NCBI RefSeq assembly: GCF_009914755.1
Contig: NC_060948.1
DNA: 64,000 bases
Source: the human T2T-CHM13v2.0 reference genome, Homo sapiens
Strand: one strand, 5' to 3'
The notes beneath the pieces are model-generated. The model saw only the letters and a program-made list of their open reading frames with translations, had not been told where the DNA came from and searched no databases. Position numbers and translations under genes: made by a program. Below are positions 17,660 to 30,339 of this stretch, piece by piece. Numbering within the stretch: the stretch's first letter is position 1; every line of letters begins with the position of its first letter.

Positions 17660-18250
17660 GCAATGGGATTTTAGGGGAGTCACTTTGTCAGATGAAATCC
17701 TCTGTGGCCAGTGGGGCCTTTCCCTGAGCTTTAATCAAGCCTGCTAAATTTGTTCTACCCACACTACCTGGCAGGCTACACCCAGCTGGAGTTACTGGAG
17801 TTATCACCTGCCAAGGGCAAACATGGATGAGTGGTGAGAGGTGTATGAGCAAGTGTGGCTTCCAGCCTCTAGACATGGTCAGTCATGCCAGCTGTGTCAG
17901 GTCAGGAAGTTTTAGGTGCCAACAGAACTGCTAGATCACTGAAAAGCTGCAACTGGGCCAGGCCTACTGCAAGCAGCCTCCACAGCTGATACTGGGGAAT
18001 GTAGTGATGCCCAGAAGCTTGCAGATGCCAGAAAAGGCAAAGCCCCAAGGAAGGTGTGACAGCCCTCCCTGGCTTTGAGAGCTCCCTGGTCTGTGCGCCC
18101 TGAAGGGCCACAGCTCTCGTTTTATTTTTGTCTACCACAATGTGATAAGCAAGGGGAATGTTTTCTACCCGTTTGTGTTCCAGGTCATTCAGCCCTGCCA
18201 TTCAGGTGATCTCATATTATTTTCCTGCATCCAGGAAAAATGAAGTTCAT
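17660..18250 (-). mobile_element. ERV1 LTR fragment, MER52-like
   Basis: CCTCTGTGGCCAGTGG and CAGAAGCTTGCAGATGCCAG resemble recalled MER52. Confidence 0.6.
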
Positions 18251-18721
18251 GCTGCCATGAGCCCTTCCACCTGTGTCTGTAGAGATAATCCCTGCGCTGG
18301 TTATGGCAACAGTGATGGCCTCCCCTAGAAGATGCTTGAGTATTCATTCTACTCAACACCTAGAATTATCTAGCCCTGGCTATAATCCTTGAAATCTTGG
18401 TTTTCATTTGGCTTGGTTATTGTAAAATCTTCACAACTTTTCTGTCATAAGAGACATTTAATATTTGTCTTATGGCAATCATTACGCTCGATGGGTATGC
18501 ATAATGTAGTGTACCAATGCACATGTGTGCATCTGTATTCTGTATGCCTTCCAGTCGTATTCCGGATTAGCTCTATCCCAAAAGGCTTTGATTCAGTTTT
18601 CTCCATGGTATCTCAAAAATAGAGTGTGCCTAGGGTTTTATTTTGCTATATTAGCGTTTTACATAAATATTTAAAAATAATGGAAAAGAAAAGGGGAGAA
18701 AAAGGAAATATTTAGTTTACC

Positions 18722-19042
18722 TTTTTGTTTTTATTTGTTTTTTTGGAAACGGAGTCTCGCTCTGTTGCCCAGGCTGGAGTGCAGTGGCGCGATCTCAGCT
18801 TGCTGCAAACTCTGCCTCCCGGGTGTTCCCGCCATTCTGCCTCAGCTTCCGGAGGAGCTGGGACTACTGGCTCCCGCCACCATGTCCAGCTAATTTTTTT
18901 TCTTTTTTTTTTTTTTGTATTTTTAGTAGAGACGGGGTTTCACCAAGTTAGCCTGGATGGTCTCCATCTCCTGACCTGGTGATTGGACAGCCTTGGCCTC
19001 CCAAAGTGCTGGGATTACAGGCGTGAGCCACCGCACCCGGCC
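18722..19042 (-). mobile_element. AluY-like
   Basis: CpG-rich full dimer ending GCGTGAGCCACCGCACCCGGCC. Confidence 0.95.
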
Positions 19043-21179
19043 TATAGTTTAATTTCTAATTATTGATTAACTGAACTGACTTTACTTTACTAACGCTTAC
19101 CCTAACTTGAATCAACTGAACTTTAAAAGAGCTTCTTAAAATCCTTCCGATTTACAGAAACCAGGGATTTTGAGTTAAGTGACTGTGAATATATAAAATC
19201 AAATTGTTCTAAAAGTGTGCTCCTATTTTTTTGTTTACAATTTTCTGGAGAGATGGTTCAATACTGTTAATTGCTCAAAGGTGCCTGACACTAGATTTTA
19301 AGATATTCAACAGCATTTCTAGCCTCTTGGCACTAGATGCTAGTAACAACCTTACCAATTCCACTTCCAGTCATGAACTTGGCTTAGAGTAAAACTCAAG
19401 TAAAATCTACTGACCTGTAGAAACCCTAGACAATCACATGGACTTTGTGTTACCCCCATGAGCTCATTGTCTGCAATCGTTTTCCTTCCACAGTCTGCTC
19501 CTTCCACAGTCTGCTCCATCCACAGTGACCTGGTCGTTTTTCAAACTGTTTATACAGGCTTCTGCCAGAGATCATCACACTTGTAGATCTTGCTGCATGC
19601 TTACATAATTATTCCCTTATTGTTTTATTTAGATATGTACTTGAAAGTCACTTTGGAAACAAATTATTTTATACTTTTTGTTTGTTTTTATTTTTTATTA
19701 TACTTTAAGTTTTCGGGTACATGTGCACAACGTGCAGGTTTGTTACATATATACATGTTTTACATAAAACCAAGATGTACTACATAAGAGAATATTGCCC
19801 CTTGCCCTTTATACTAAATTGATAATATCAATTAATAGAAAGCAAACAACAAACTTCATACCGTAACCACTAAAACAAAAACCTAACAACTGGAAACATA
19901 AATTAAAAGTGTAACTTTCAATTTAAGTGTTTTAAACAACATTTTCATGGGACAAAAACATAGATCTCCTAAATAAAAATAAACTCTGAGATTACAAAAC
20001 AATCAGTGCTTCCCAAATAAAAACGCAGGCAAAACTGCAGGCCTGGCAGCTTTGAACCATTCAAAGAAACATCACACCAATCAAACACTGTCTGAACCCT
20101 GTAAATCAATTGTTTGTATCAACCAAGGAATCCATCCAAAGAGACAATTTTAAAGTAGTAAATTTTTTTTAGATTGCCATACTGCCTCCCAGGCACAGAT
20201 GAAGCCTTCAAAATTGAAATCCACATTTTCCATTTTAAACCCTGGTTCCTAATTCTGGGAGGAGTGAAGAAGCACTTGTGTGTTAATTTATTGTGTTTGT
20301 TCTAGTCTTTCTAGAAGATAAATAAACAATTGATGAAACATATTTATTACTGTTTTGCCAAACTCAGAAGTCACTCTTGGTTGAAAATGCCAGGAATTGG
20401 TCACAAACAAAATTTTAAGTTGTTGAAAGCAAAGAATACAGTTATTTCCTACAATAGACAATATAACAGATTTGTTAATACAGATCCAGTATTTAAAAAA
20501 TAATAGTTTATATATCACTCTTATTCATAATGCTAATGGAATGTATTCAATGTATGGTTAACCTTTCTCTAAAAAAAAAAGAAATGCTATTACTATTACA
20601 ATTCTGGCAAAGTTAGCTATTACTATTACAGCTCTGGTAGGCAGCTATTACATAAAAAATTACAAATTTACTTTAATGGACACTCAGTGTGTGCAGATAA
20701 AATCTGAGACAATAATATAAACTGAGAAAGAAAAGTACAAGAGCAGCATATATTTATATTGTTGAAATTAAAATTTAGATTATTCAAATAAGTTAATATT
20801 ATTCAAAGAAGGCTCTATTAAGTTTAGAATACAATTAAAGTCCCAAATATAATGAATTATAACATAAAAATACAGAAAAAAGTTTTAAAAAGTTAACATT
20901 TTTTAATGGACAAAGGAGAAATTGAGGATCCAATAAAATAAAGAACATATAGAAAAAAAGTAAAATGTCAGAGTAATTTTTTACTTGTAATAACTTTAAA
21001 TGTGAGCTCTTACATAAAAACACACAGACTGGCACAAATGCACCTTTAAAAGAACAATTCACTCGTGATTTCTATGCAAGTCTTACTTTAGGTTCAAAGA
21101 AACGAGATTGAAACTAAAATAATACAGTTTCTTGGAAAAGCATGACAACTTATTTTCAAACATAAAAAAAAAAAATTCT

Positions 21180-21525
21180 GGGCCAGTTCCAGTGGCTCTC
21201 AGAAAAAAAAAAATTCTGGAGATGAAAAATAAAACAATTGACATTAAAATTGACTAGAGGCCTGCAATTCCAGCACTTTGGGATGCCAAGGTACAGATCA
21301 TAAGGTCAAGAAGTTGTGACTATCCAAGCCAACATGATGAAACCCCATCTTTACTAAAAACACACAAATTAGCTGGGTGTGGTGACACGTATCTATAGTT
21401 CCAGCTACTCAAGAGACTGAGGCAGGAGAATCAGTTGAACCCGAGAGGCAGAGGTTGCAGTGAGCCAAGATTGTGCACTGTACTCCAGCCTGGTGACAAA
21501 GCAAGACTCCATCTCAAAAAAAATT
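21180..21525 (+). mobile_element. Alu with its 5' end interrupted by ~60 bp of flank-like sequence
   Basis: GGCCAGTTCCAGTGGCTC ... GCCTGCAATTCCAGCACTTTGGG ... A tail. Confidence 0.8.
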
Positions 21526-21559
21526 GTATAAATAACTAACTAAATAAGTACTACAGACA

Positions 21560-22210
21560 TTTAAAAGGAGACTTGAGCATACAGAAGAAAATGTCACCAA
21601 ATCGAATAAAAGGGGCAATTGAAATTATTAAGTCAGGAAGAGAAAAAATAAATAAATAAATGTGAAAACAGTCTAGAAACCAGTGTGACACCATCAAGCA
21701 GACCCACTTATCCATTTTGGAAGTTCAAGGAAAAGAAACAAAGAAATAGGGAGACTAAAAAAATGTGGTCAAACCTGTCACAAATTTAAGATAATAAATA
21801 CCGAAGAAACTGAACAAACTCCAAGTAAAATAAACTCAAAGAGGCACATTCAAACATACATGATAGTTAAACTGTCTAAAATAAAGACAAAGAGAATCTT
21901 GAAAGCAGCCAAAGAAATTTTGACCAGTAATGTATGAAAGAACCCCTCATAAATAATCAGGGAATTTCTTATCTGAAAACTCAGGGTAGACTCATATATT
22001 CCAAATGCAGTAAGAAAAAAAAATTCAAACAAATGTTATGTTTAAACAAAGTGTCCATCAAAAATGAGGGAGAAATTATGAAATTCCTAAATAAAAGCCA
22101 CATTCTTTTGCCAGTAGACAACCATTTAATAAATGCCTTATGTATTATTCCAGGGTAAAATGAAAGGACATCGAACAGCAGTACAAATAAACAAAGATTA
22201 AGGTAAAGAT
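21560..22210 (+). mobile_element. Old L1 (L1M) ORF1-region fragment
   Basis: A-rich; AAAGACAAAGAGAATCTTGAAAGCAGCCAAAGAAA and AAAAATGAGGGAGAAATT are L1 ORF1-like. Confidence 0.65.
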
Positions 22211-22219
22211 AAATATCCT

Positions 22220-23235
22220 GATGCAGAACAGACTGGAGAAGAGAACAGGTGCAAGATACACCCACTAATGTCTCAGGGGTCTGGCTCGGTTACTGCTTCC
22301 ATGGTTACGGGCTCAGCTAACAAGGAAGGTACACTGGTATTAGCAATTCCATAAACAGCCAATGGAAGAAAAAAACATCCATACATTTGTTCCAAGCATG
22401 AGAGGGGGGAAAAGAGAGATTATTGATGATGAAAAAGACCAGCCTTTTATCAAAAGGATGTATTTAACCATAAGGCTAATAGAAAGTGCCAGTAGACTCA
22501 GAAACATTTTGGTGAGGGAAAATGATGGCTTTACCCAGAAAGTGCTATCAATGAGATTGACAGAGAACAACTCACTAAATATTGAAGTAATGAAAAAAAA
22601 TCAAGAATGCTCTGTATAGGGCTGCTGCAGATGACAGGAAGCTTATGCTGCCTAGTGCAGATGGCTGCGTCCCTTGCTGAGGTCTTGATTTTGTTTGCAT
22701 TTAAGAAATGACAGAAACAGAGAAAGCATTGAAAGAGTGGATACTGTAAAGAACATTGTGAATAGTTTCATTCAGTTTAAGAAGCCTATTGTTGTATCAG
22801 CCAATAGCCCAGCCATTTGACTAGATGCATCCATACTTCCTCTTTGTGATTTGGTTTAGGCTAACAAAAAGGCTTGGTTTTAAACTGCTTCTATGACCTT
22901 TGGACAGAGTCCAGGTTGCTGTTTTACCATTAAATTTCCCAAGATGATGGGTGAAGCATAGGCCAATGTAATGTTGATTGGTGGGAGAAAGCTGAAAGCA
23001 TGGGAGGCATGTGCCAGAGACCTGGTCTCTCAGGTGTCTTGGACTGCAACTTTTCCCCCAAGTGGTTATGACTCAAATTAAGGACTTTGCCTCATATAAT
23101 TCAGTTGTGCTAGAGAAAAGTAATGCCCTTATTTACTGTAAAGTTAAAGATGAAGTTAAAACAGGTCAATGAGAGAGTGTGGTGTGCCGAAAAAAATCTG
23201 AGTCTCAGCACAAGGAATAGAATCTGTGTTGATGT
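22220..23235 (+). pseudogene. CDY: CDY pseudogene: linker plus crotonase/HAT-like domain, no chromodomain visible
   Basis: IHPLMSQGSGSVTASM, DQPFIKRMYLTIRLIESAS, DGFTQKVLS, FIQFKKPIVVS, SILPLCDLV, FGQSP, FPKMMG; intronless, with many stops and frameshifts. Confidence 0.95.
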
Positions 23236-23719
23236 TAAGTGTGGGTTTCTGTGTTTCAGCCTTGTTTCTGTTACTAATCTTCAGGTTCTCCATTAAGTGG
23301 GTCTTGAATTCTTGATGCATATCCAGGGAGAATTATGTATGTGGAAAACAGGAGAATAATTAGGGTAAATAGATGCTTTATTGAGTGATGGCGCAGCTTT
23401 CAGGAGACAGAAAGTGGGTAAGTCCATTTCAAAAACAGGAAATACCTGCATCTCTGCAACACTCAGTGAAGACAGGGCCAAGAGAGACAAGATGAAGAAG
23501 CAGGTTGTTAAAACATCACTGAAGGCTTCAGTGGAGAGAAGTTTCAGAGTGGGTAGCGTCTATCTGCAGGAAGGTTGTTGAGATGTATCTGCAGCTTTAA
23601 GTTTGGAGAAGACATATCCATTTGCAGCCGTGCAATCCCAAGAAGTGTACAACTCACAGTGAAGAGGTGGCACATTGTTGGTAGATCCACTTTAAGTCAG
23701 GTTATTTCAAAGTCTGATG

Positions 23720-24045
23720 CAGGGCATGGTGGCTTTTGTCTATAATACCAGCAATTCAGGAGGCCAAGGCAGATGGATCACTTGCAGTTGAAAGTTTGAG
23801 ACCAGCCTGACAAACATGGAGAAACCGTGTCTCTAATAAAAATACAAAATTAGTTAGGTGTGATGGTGGATGCCTTTAATCTCAGCTACTCAGGAGCTGA
23901 GGTAGGATAATCGCTTCAACCTGGGAGGCGGAGGTTGTGTGAGTTGAGGTCAAACCATACTACTCCAGTCACGTCAACAAGAGTGAAACTCCGTCTCCAA
24001 TAAATAAATAAACAAACATATATAAACAAACAAACAAATAAACAA
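23720..24045 (+). mobile_element. Alu (AluS-like) with (AAAT/AAAC)n tail
   Basis: Dimeric Alu motifs. Confidence 0.9.
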
Positions 24046-24133
24046 ATAATCTAAATACGTATGGAATGCATATGAACCTCAGAAGTCAGAAAGAGAGTGC
24101 TGATTAGTCGGGTGAAGATGGGTGAAAAAGATG

Positions 24134-25290
24134 TCTAACCCTAAATATAACCCCTATTACTAACACTAAAACACTAACAATAACCCTCAAGCCCTAACCC
24201 TAATCTCCACATAAACCCAACCTGAACCATTAACAAAACATATCCCTATCCATAAATATAACCCTACCGCAACCCATAACCCTAAACATACACCTACACC
24301 TACCCCTAACCCTAAATCTACCCCAAACCCTAAATCTACCCTTAAACATAACACTCAGAAAAACACTAACAGAAATACTAAACCAAACCCTAACTCTAAC
24401 ACTACCTCTAAACACTGAACCCTAACCCCTAACTCTAACTCTGACCCCTAAATCTCCTTCAAACCTAACCCTAAAAGCACCCTTAACTCTAACCTGAAAA
24501 TTAAAATTCTAACCTTAAAAACATAAGCATAACACATAACCAACATCCCTAATCCAAATTCCTACCCCAACCCTAATTCTAAAAATATGCTGACCATATC
24601 CCTAAACTTAATCCTGACACTAACCCTAACCCTAACTCTAACCCACAACCTCAAATGCAACTGCAACCATAGCTCTAACACTAAAACTTAAATGCTAACT
24701 ATAATCACATATAATAAACCCAATCCCAACTGTAACCCTGAACTCTAACCCTAAAACTAAACCCACCCTAACGCTAACCCTAAAGCTTAACACTAGGCCA
24801 AACACTAACCCCTCATCCTAACCCTAAAGTGACCCTAACCCTAACCTAAATGCTAAACAATAACCCTAAAAATAACACTGCACCCTAAACACTAACCCTA
24901 ATGCTAACCTGAAACCCTAAACCGAATCCTTATTCTTATCCTAACACAAACCCTAAACCCAAACCCTAACGCTAATGCACTAACCCTCTTACCCTAACCC
25001 TCACCGTCACCTTAACTCTCACCCTAAGCACTAACTCTAACCCTCACCATGAAGTTAAGCCAGAACCTAACCCTACACTAACAACAACCTCTAACTGTAG
25101 GCCTATTTCTTACCCTAAACCTAAACATAACCTGACCCTAAAACTAACATCTAATCTTGATTCTAACTGTAGCCCTAAACATAACACTAAACTTTAACCC
25201 TGTCCCTAATCCTAATCCTAATCATAACCCTAATCCTACCACAACACTGACCTCTAACCCAACCCCAGATCTAACCCTCAATCTAAACTT
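24134..25290 (+). repeat. Degenerate interstitial telomere-like (CCCTAA)n tract
   Basis: Many CCCTAA/CTCTAA/CACTAA/CCCTCA hexamers, locally CCCTAACCCTAA. Confidence 0.9.
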
Positions 25291-25469
25291 TTTTCTGCAA
25301 TTGTAAACCCCTATTCCTAATCCCAAACTTCTATCCCATTCTTAATATTATCATATCACCCTTCAAAGAATTTTAAATATATCATCTATGACTCTAACCC
25401 CTAATGCCCATAAGAGTACACTTAACCTTACCTCTTAACTCCAATTGAAAATTGAATTAAACAGATGAT

Positions 25470-26170
25470 GTCACTGGGACAAAACACTAAATGTTAACAA
25501 ATATGATAATTAGAGACATTAGATTATGTAACCAAATAATAGTACATGGAATTAACTACACGAGGAAGACATTATGCACCTATGTGATTACGTTTTTTTT
25601 CTAGAAAATTGAGGCTTGTTTTAACATTCTGAAGCCATCCCTCTTCAATATACCACGTAAATTAAATGCTGGGAAAACAGTACATGTATATCTCAACTGT
25701 TACAGAAAATACTTAAAGTTAGTCAACATGTTTACTGATAACAACATCCAATAAACTGTGATTAAAATGTCTTTCACATGATAACACGTCTTTATACAAA
25801 ACCCATAACAATCAGCGTCTGAATTGTTGGGAACAAAAGCTTTAAGATGAAGAACACAGCACTGATGCTCACTTTCATCATTGCATTTGATACTGTATTA
25901 GAAGTTCCATCCGAAATAATTGGAAAAGAAAAATATATATGAAGCCATTCATATGTCAAAAAATAAAATAAAACTACCTACTCATGGATCTCATGATCTC
26001 ATATACAGAAAATCATAAGAAATCAACAAGAAATAATAAAATCTAATAAACAAATTAAACAAACATACAGTATATATATCAATACACTAAAATCTATTTG
26101 TATACACTAGCAATAAATGATATGAAAATGAAATTAACACAACAATTTTATTTGTAAAAACAACAAGCTG
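25470..26170 (+). mobile_element. Old L1 ORF2 fragments
   Basis: AT-rich remnants such as ACTGTATTAGAAGTTC and CATGATCTCATATACAGAAAATCATAAG. Confidence 0.55.
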
Positions 26171-26269
26171 CATGTTCTCCAACTTCCCTTGAACACACAG
26201 GAGCAGGCAGCTGGGGTTGGGGGTGGCCTTGGAGTGGGGTCTGTGCTGCTTTATTGGGACCTGGGCTGC

Positions 26270-27670
26270 ACTGTCCATGGGCTAAGCAGAAACTACTCAA
26301 GTTCCTGGGGAGTCAAAGTAGAAATACTTAAGTACATAATGGATGAAGAGTAGAAAATCTACAGTGGTTTTGAAAGCCCTCATGCCACGATGTCAAATGG
26401 ATATCTTCAGAGTCATAAATTAATGATAAAAAGAGAACATGCATGAACATCAGCAACAGTGAAAGCCAGGGAGAGTGGCCCAGGTCATTTTGCTGAGAAG
26501 AAATGCATTGAGTTTAATTTGAGAGACGTCCCTTCACAAGTGCTGCTAAAGGCATACACATATTTTACCTAAATGTTTCACTGCGCCTACAGTTCCACAG
26601 AAATTCCTAAATTCCCATTTCACCTGAAACTGCAGTAGAACTGTTGATGGCTGTGAACTTTCTATATTGTATATAAATACAATTGATTTATAGGATAAAA
26701 TAAATTAGAATAAACTCTTAAATTTTTTTTAGTGTTTAAGGCCTGTGGTTCAGTTCATATTTTTTATAGGTAGCACATTCCCTGTATGCAAGGTAACTAT
26801 AAAATTAATCGCAGAAATCAAAACCACAATGAGATACCATCTCACACCAGTTAGAATGGCAATCATTGAAAAGTCAGGAAACAACAGGTGCTGGAGAGGA
26901 TGTGGAGAAATAGGAACACTTTTACACTGTTGGTGGGACTGTAAACTAGTTCAACCATTGTGGAAGTCAGCGTGGCGATTCCTCAGGGATCTAGAACTAG
27001 AAATACCATTTGACCCAGCCATCCCATTACTGGGTATATACCCAAAGGACTATAAATCATGCTGCTATAAAGACACATGCACACATATGTTTATTGCGGC
27101 ATTATTCACAATAGCAAAGACTTGGAACCAACCCAAATATCCAACAATGATAGACTGGATTAAGGAAATGTGGCACATATACACCATGGAATACTATACA
27201 GCCATAAGAAATGATGAGTTCATGTCCTTTGTAGGGACATGGATGAAATTGGAAATCATTGTTCTCAGTAAACTATCGCAAGAACAAAAAACCCAACACC
27301 GCATATTCTCACTCATAGGTCGGAATTGAACAATGAGATCACATGGACACAGGAAGGGGAACATCACACTCTGGGGACTGTGGTGGGGTGGGGGGAGGGG
27401 GGAGGGATAGCACTGGGAGATATATCTAATGCTAGATGATGAGTTAGTGGGTGCAGCGCACCAGCATGGCACATGTATACATATGTAACTAACCTGCACA
27501 ATGTGCACATGTACCCTAAAACTTAAAGTATAGTAATAAAAGAAAAAAATTAATTGCAAAGAAGATTCTATTCTGTTTTTTTGCATAACAGAGTTGAAAT
27601 TTATTTGTATTCTGAAAAAACTATGGACATTTTCACAAACAGAGAAATAAACAAATATGCCAATTCATAG
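26270..27670 (+). pseudogene. ELOC: Processed ELOC (TCEB1, elongin C) pseudogene; CDS remnant 26339-~26670, 3' UTR split by an L1
   Basis: MDEE*KIYSGFESP..., KREHA, SGPGHFAE, SSTEIPKFP, PETAVELLMAVNFL versus ELOC MDGEEKTYGGCEGP...KREHA...SGPGQFAE...[27 protein letters not shown]; intronless. Confidence 0.92.
26814..27545 (+). mobile_element. 5'-truncated young L1 (L1PA2-like) with target-site duplication
   Basis: Open ORF2 C-terminus ([14 protein letters not shown]), GAGATCACATGGACAC, non-Ta GAG diagnostic; TSD AAAATTAATCGCA (26801-26813) / AAAATTAATTGCA (27546-27558). Confidence 0.93.
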
Positions 27671-27824
27671 GCGGTTTTGCCTTACCCCTTGAATATGACT
27701 TTAAAATGAGTAATGTTGACATAGAAAATGATGAAAATTAGACATATATAATTGCATAATATGCATGTTCATAACTTAGCCAAAAGATTGATTTTTATCT
27801 AACCCTAACATAAATGTTATATTA

Positions 27825-28080
27825 ATGCCTGTAATCTCAGCACTTTTGGAGGCCAAGGCAGGCAGATAATGTGAGTCCAGGCATTTAAGACAGGTCCAGG
27901 CAACATGGCAAGTCTTTGTCTCTCTCAAAAAATACAAAAAGTTAGCCAGATATGATAACTGAAGCTAAGGCAGAAGATCAGTTGAGCTCAGCAGTTAGAG
28001 GCTGCAGTGAGCCATCATAGCACTTCTGCACTCCAGGCTGGGAAAAAGAATGAGACCCTGTCTCAAAATAAAAATAAAAG
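27825..28080 (+). mobile_element. Alu (AluJ-like)
   Basis: GCCTGTAATCTCAGCAC...GCTGCAGTGAGCC. Confidence 0.85.
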
Positions 28081-28459
28081 GAGAAGAAGAAGGAAAGGAA
28101 TAAGAGTTGAAATTTTGTATGTCCTTTGATAAACCTCAGTAATGTTTAATATTGTCTTTTCATTTTGTTTATTGCTACAATTTAAGAAATTTACTTAAAA
28201 ACACTTTTGGAAGGTTGCTGGGTACAATTTTTGAAGAAGCAACAGAACTATACCCAGATGGTCAACAGGTCAAATATATGACTTACAAGCAAAGCATCCT
28301 TGGCAACTTTAAAAACAGAAAGAAAAAAAAATCCATAAGGTTTGATGGGTTAGGTTATTTTCTATGTTTTTAGATTTAAGAAATCCCTTTTTTCTCTTAG
28401 ATAATTATAATTTATAACACTTTAATAGGTTATACTTTTGTAAACAGAAATGAAACACT

Positions 28460-29075
28460 TGTTAAAAAAAATTAACTCTCCTGTCCCCCCGCCAACCACA
28501 GCCATCTGAATGGACCCCTCCTTTTGATCAAGAGCATTCCAAAATTGCTTCACTTCCTGACAAGAAAGAGGGACACACATGCTTCATTACATACTATTCC
28601 CTTTTGAACTTTAGAAAAAGCTGACCACCACTAACAGCAACACATACCTTAAATCTGATAAGGAATATTTACCACCTATTTTCTCGAGCCTGCTACATGG
28701 AGGCTTCATCATCATAATAAAACTTTGGTCTCTACAGCCCTTATTATTTATTGTAACCCAGTCATTCCTGTCTATTGATTTTATGTTTTTAGATAATAAT
28801 TTAACTCTTTCAGCCAACTGCCAATTAAAACATATTTATATCTACCTGTAACTTGAAAGCCCAGCCCCACACCATCACTATTTTCAAGTTGTCCATCCTT
28901 CCTGGACCAAACCAATGTACATCTTACATGTGTTTGATTGATGTCTCAGGTCTCTCTAAAATGCATAAATGTAGGCTGTGAACATACCACCTGGGGCACA
29001 TGTTCTCAGGATCTCCTGAGTAGGGATGTGTCATGGACCATTTGTCACTCATATCTGGATCAGAATTCTTCAACT
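28460..29075 (+). mobile_element. ERV1 LTR, MER4-family-like
   Basis: CATCTGAATGGACCCCTCCT, GGACCAAACCAATGTACATCTTACATG, GGGCACATGTTCTCAGGATCTCCTGAG. Confidence 0.7.
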
Positions 29076-29841
29076 AATTTTATGGCATAATATCAAAGTT
29101 TGATATTGTTAGTATATCTCAGCTAATGTAGGATGTCAATATGTATAAAGCAGACATTTACATTACCATTACAAATGCACTCTCAGTTAAACTGTGACTG
29201 TCTCAGGAAAAGAAAAAATGTTGCTAACCAGGCATATATCATATATTTAAACTTACATAATAATTCAAGTTCTAATATGCCTACTTAAAAAATGTTTCTA
29301 TATTGTTTCAACTACTTTAGTTCTCTAAGAAAAATGAGTTATTAAAGCATGAAAAAAAGTGTTGTTGGAGGTTGCGATGTCTCCCCTGGCCTCAGCCCAT
29401 CGTGGTTCCACTCAGCGCCTCTCCTTTCTCTGTACCAGAATCTCTGCCAGAAACAAGCCCAGATCATCTGCAAACCACACTTTGGTAGCTGTGACAATGC
29501 GTGGTCACTGCCTCACTCAAGGGACACTTTTGTAAGGTCAGAATTGGAGGCCAGGGCTGGGAAGTAAGGCCCAGGGCAGTGCCCCTCCTCAGTTCTGGGT
29601 GCTGCAGACAGGGTGTCTTTTCCTCACTTGGCCGCCAGATGTCTCAATGCCATGTACTCTCCTGGGAGGGTCCTGAGGAGACGTCTTTATTCTCACCCTG
29701 GTCGTAGCACCAGGTGACTTGTAGCAACGGCCACTCCTGGACATGTCCAGAAGAGAAGGAGGTTTTATCCTCATGGTGGACCCGACCCCAGGTGTCCCAA
29801 AGCCGCGGCCACTCTTGGGCGGGTCCTGAGATGAAGTAGGC

Positions 29842-30100
29842 TTAGTCTTCTTCATGAACGTGGCCACAGATGTCCCCAAGTGCCCTGAAACCACGGCCTC
29901 TCTCGAGTGTCCTGAGAAGGAAGCTCTGTCCGAGGCACTGTGAAGATAACCTGCTTCTCAGAGAGTTGGTTTGCAGGCTCAGTGCATCAGCTCCGTGCAC
30001 CCTCTGGTGGTAGCCTTGGAAAATCTCTGAAATTTGGGGTGGGTTAATCCAGGCGGTCATCTCACGAAGTGGAAGTGAGATACAGCCAACCTTCCCATAT
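29842..30100 (-). CDS. PRY: PRY last coding exon (..YGKVGCISLPLREMTAW...GHVHEED*)
   Basis: tctag acceptor at 30103-30101; 259 nt completes the phase-2 codon from the previous exon; matches the recalled PRY C-terminus. Confidence 0.92.
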
Positions 30101-30339
30101 CTAGAATGGAGATAAAAGGAAGCAAAGAAGACGGTCAATATACAAAACTCAATTGATTTTCTCTATATCAGCAATAATGAATATAAATAATTGGATTTTG
30201 AAATATTAAAACACCATTTACAATACTACCCGCAAAATTGAATCCATTAAGTATAACTGTAACAAAATATGCAGAATTCATTCAGAAAACAATGAGTCAC
30301 CATTGGGAGAAATCAAAGGAAATGTTAGCAAATGCAGAC

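Noticed and set aside
18250-18640. Possible extra pseudo-exon on the minus strand
   Set aside because: The frames I translated matched nothing I recognise; needs a database search
24134-25290. CRISPR-like array or true telomere
   Set aside because: No repeat-spacer structure; the hexamers are degenerate and internal to mammalian DNA
26745-27329. 194-aa ORF as a fusion gene
   Set aside because: C-terminus of L1 ORF2 with a non-ATG start in the flank
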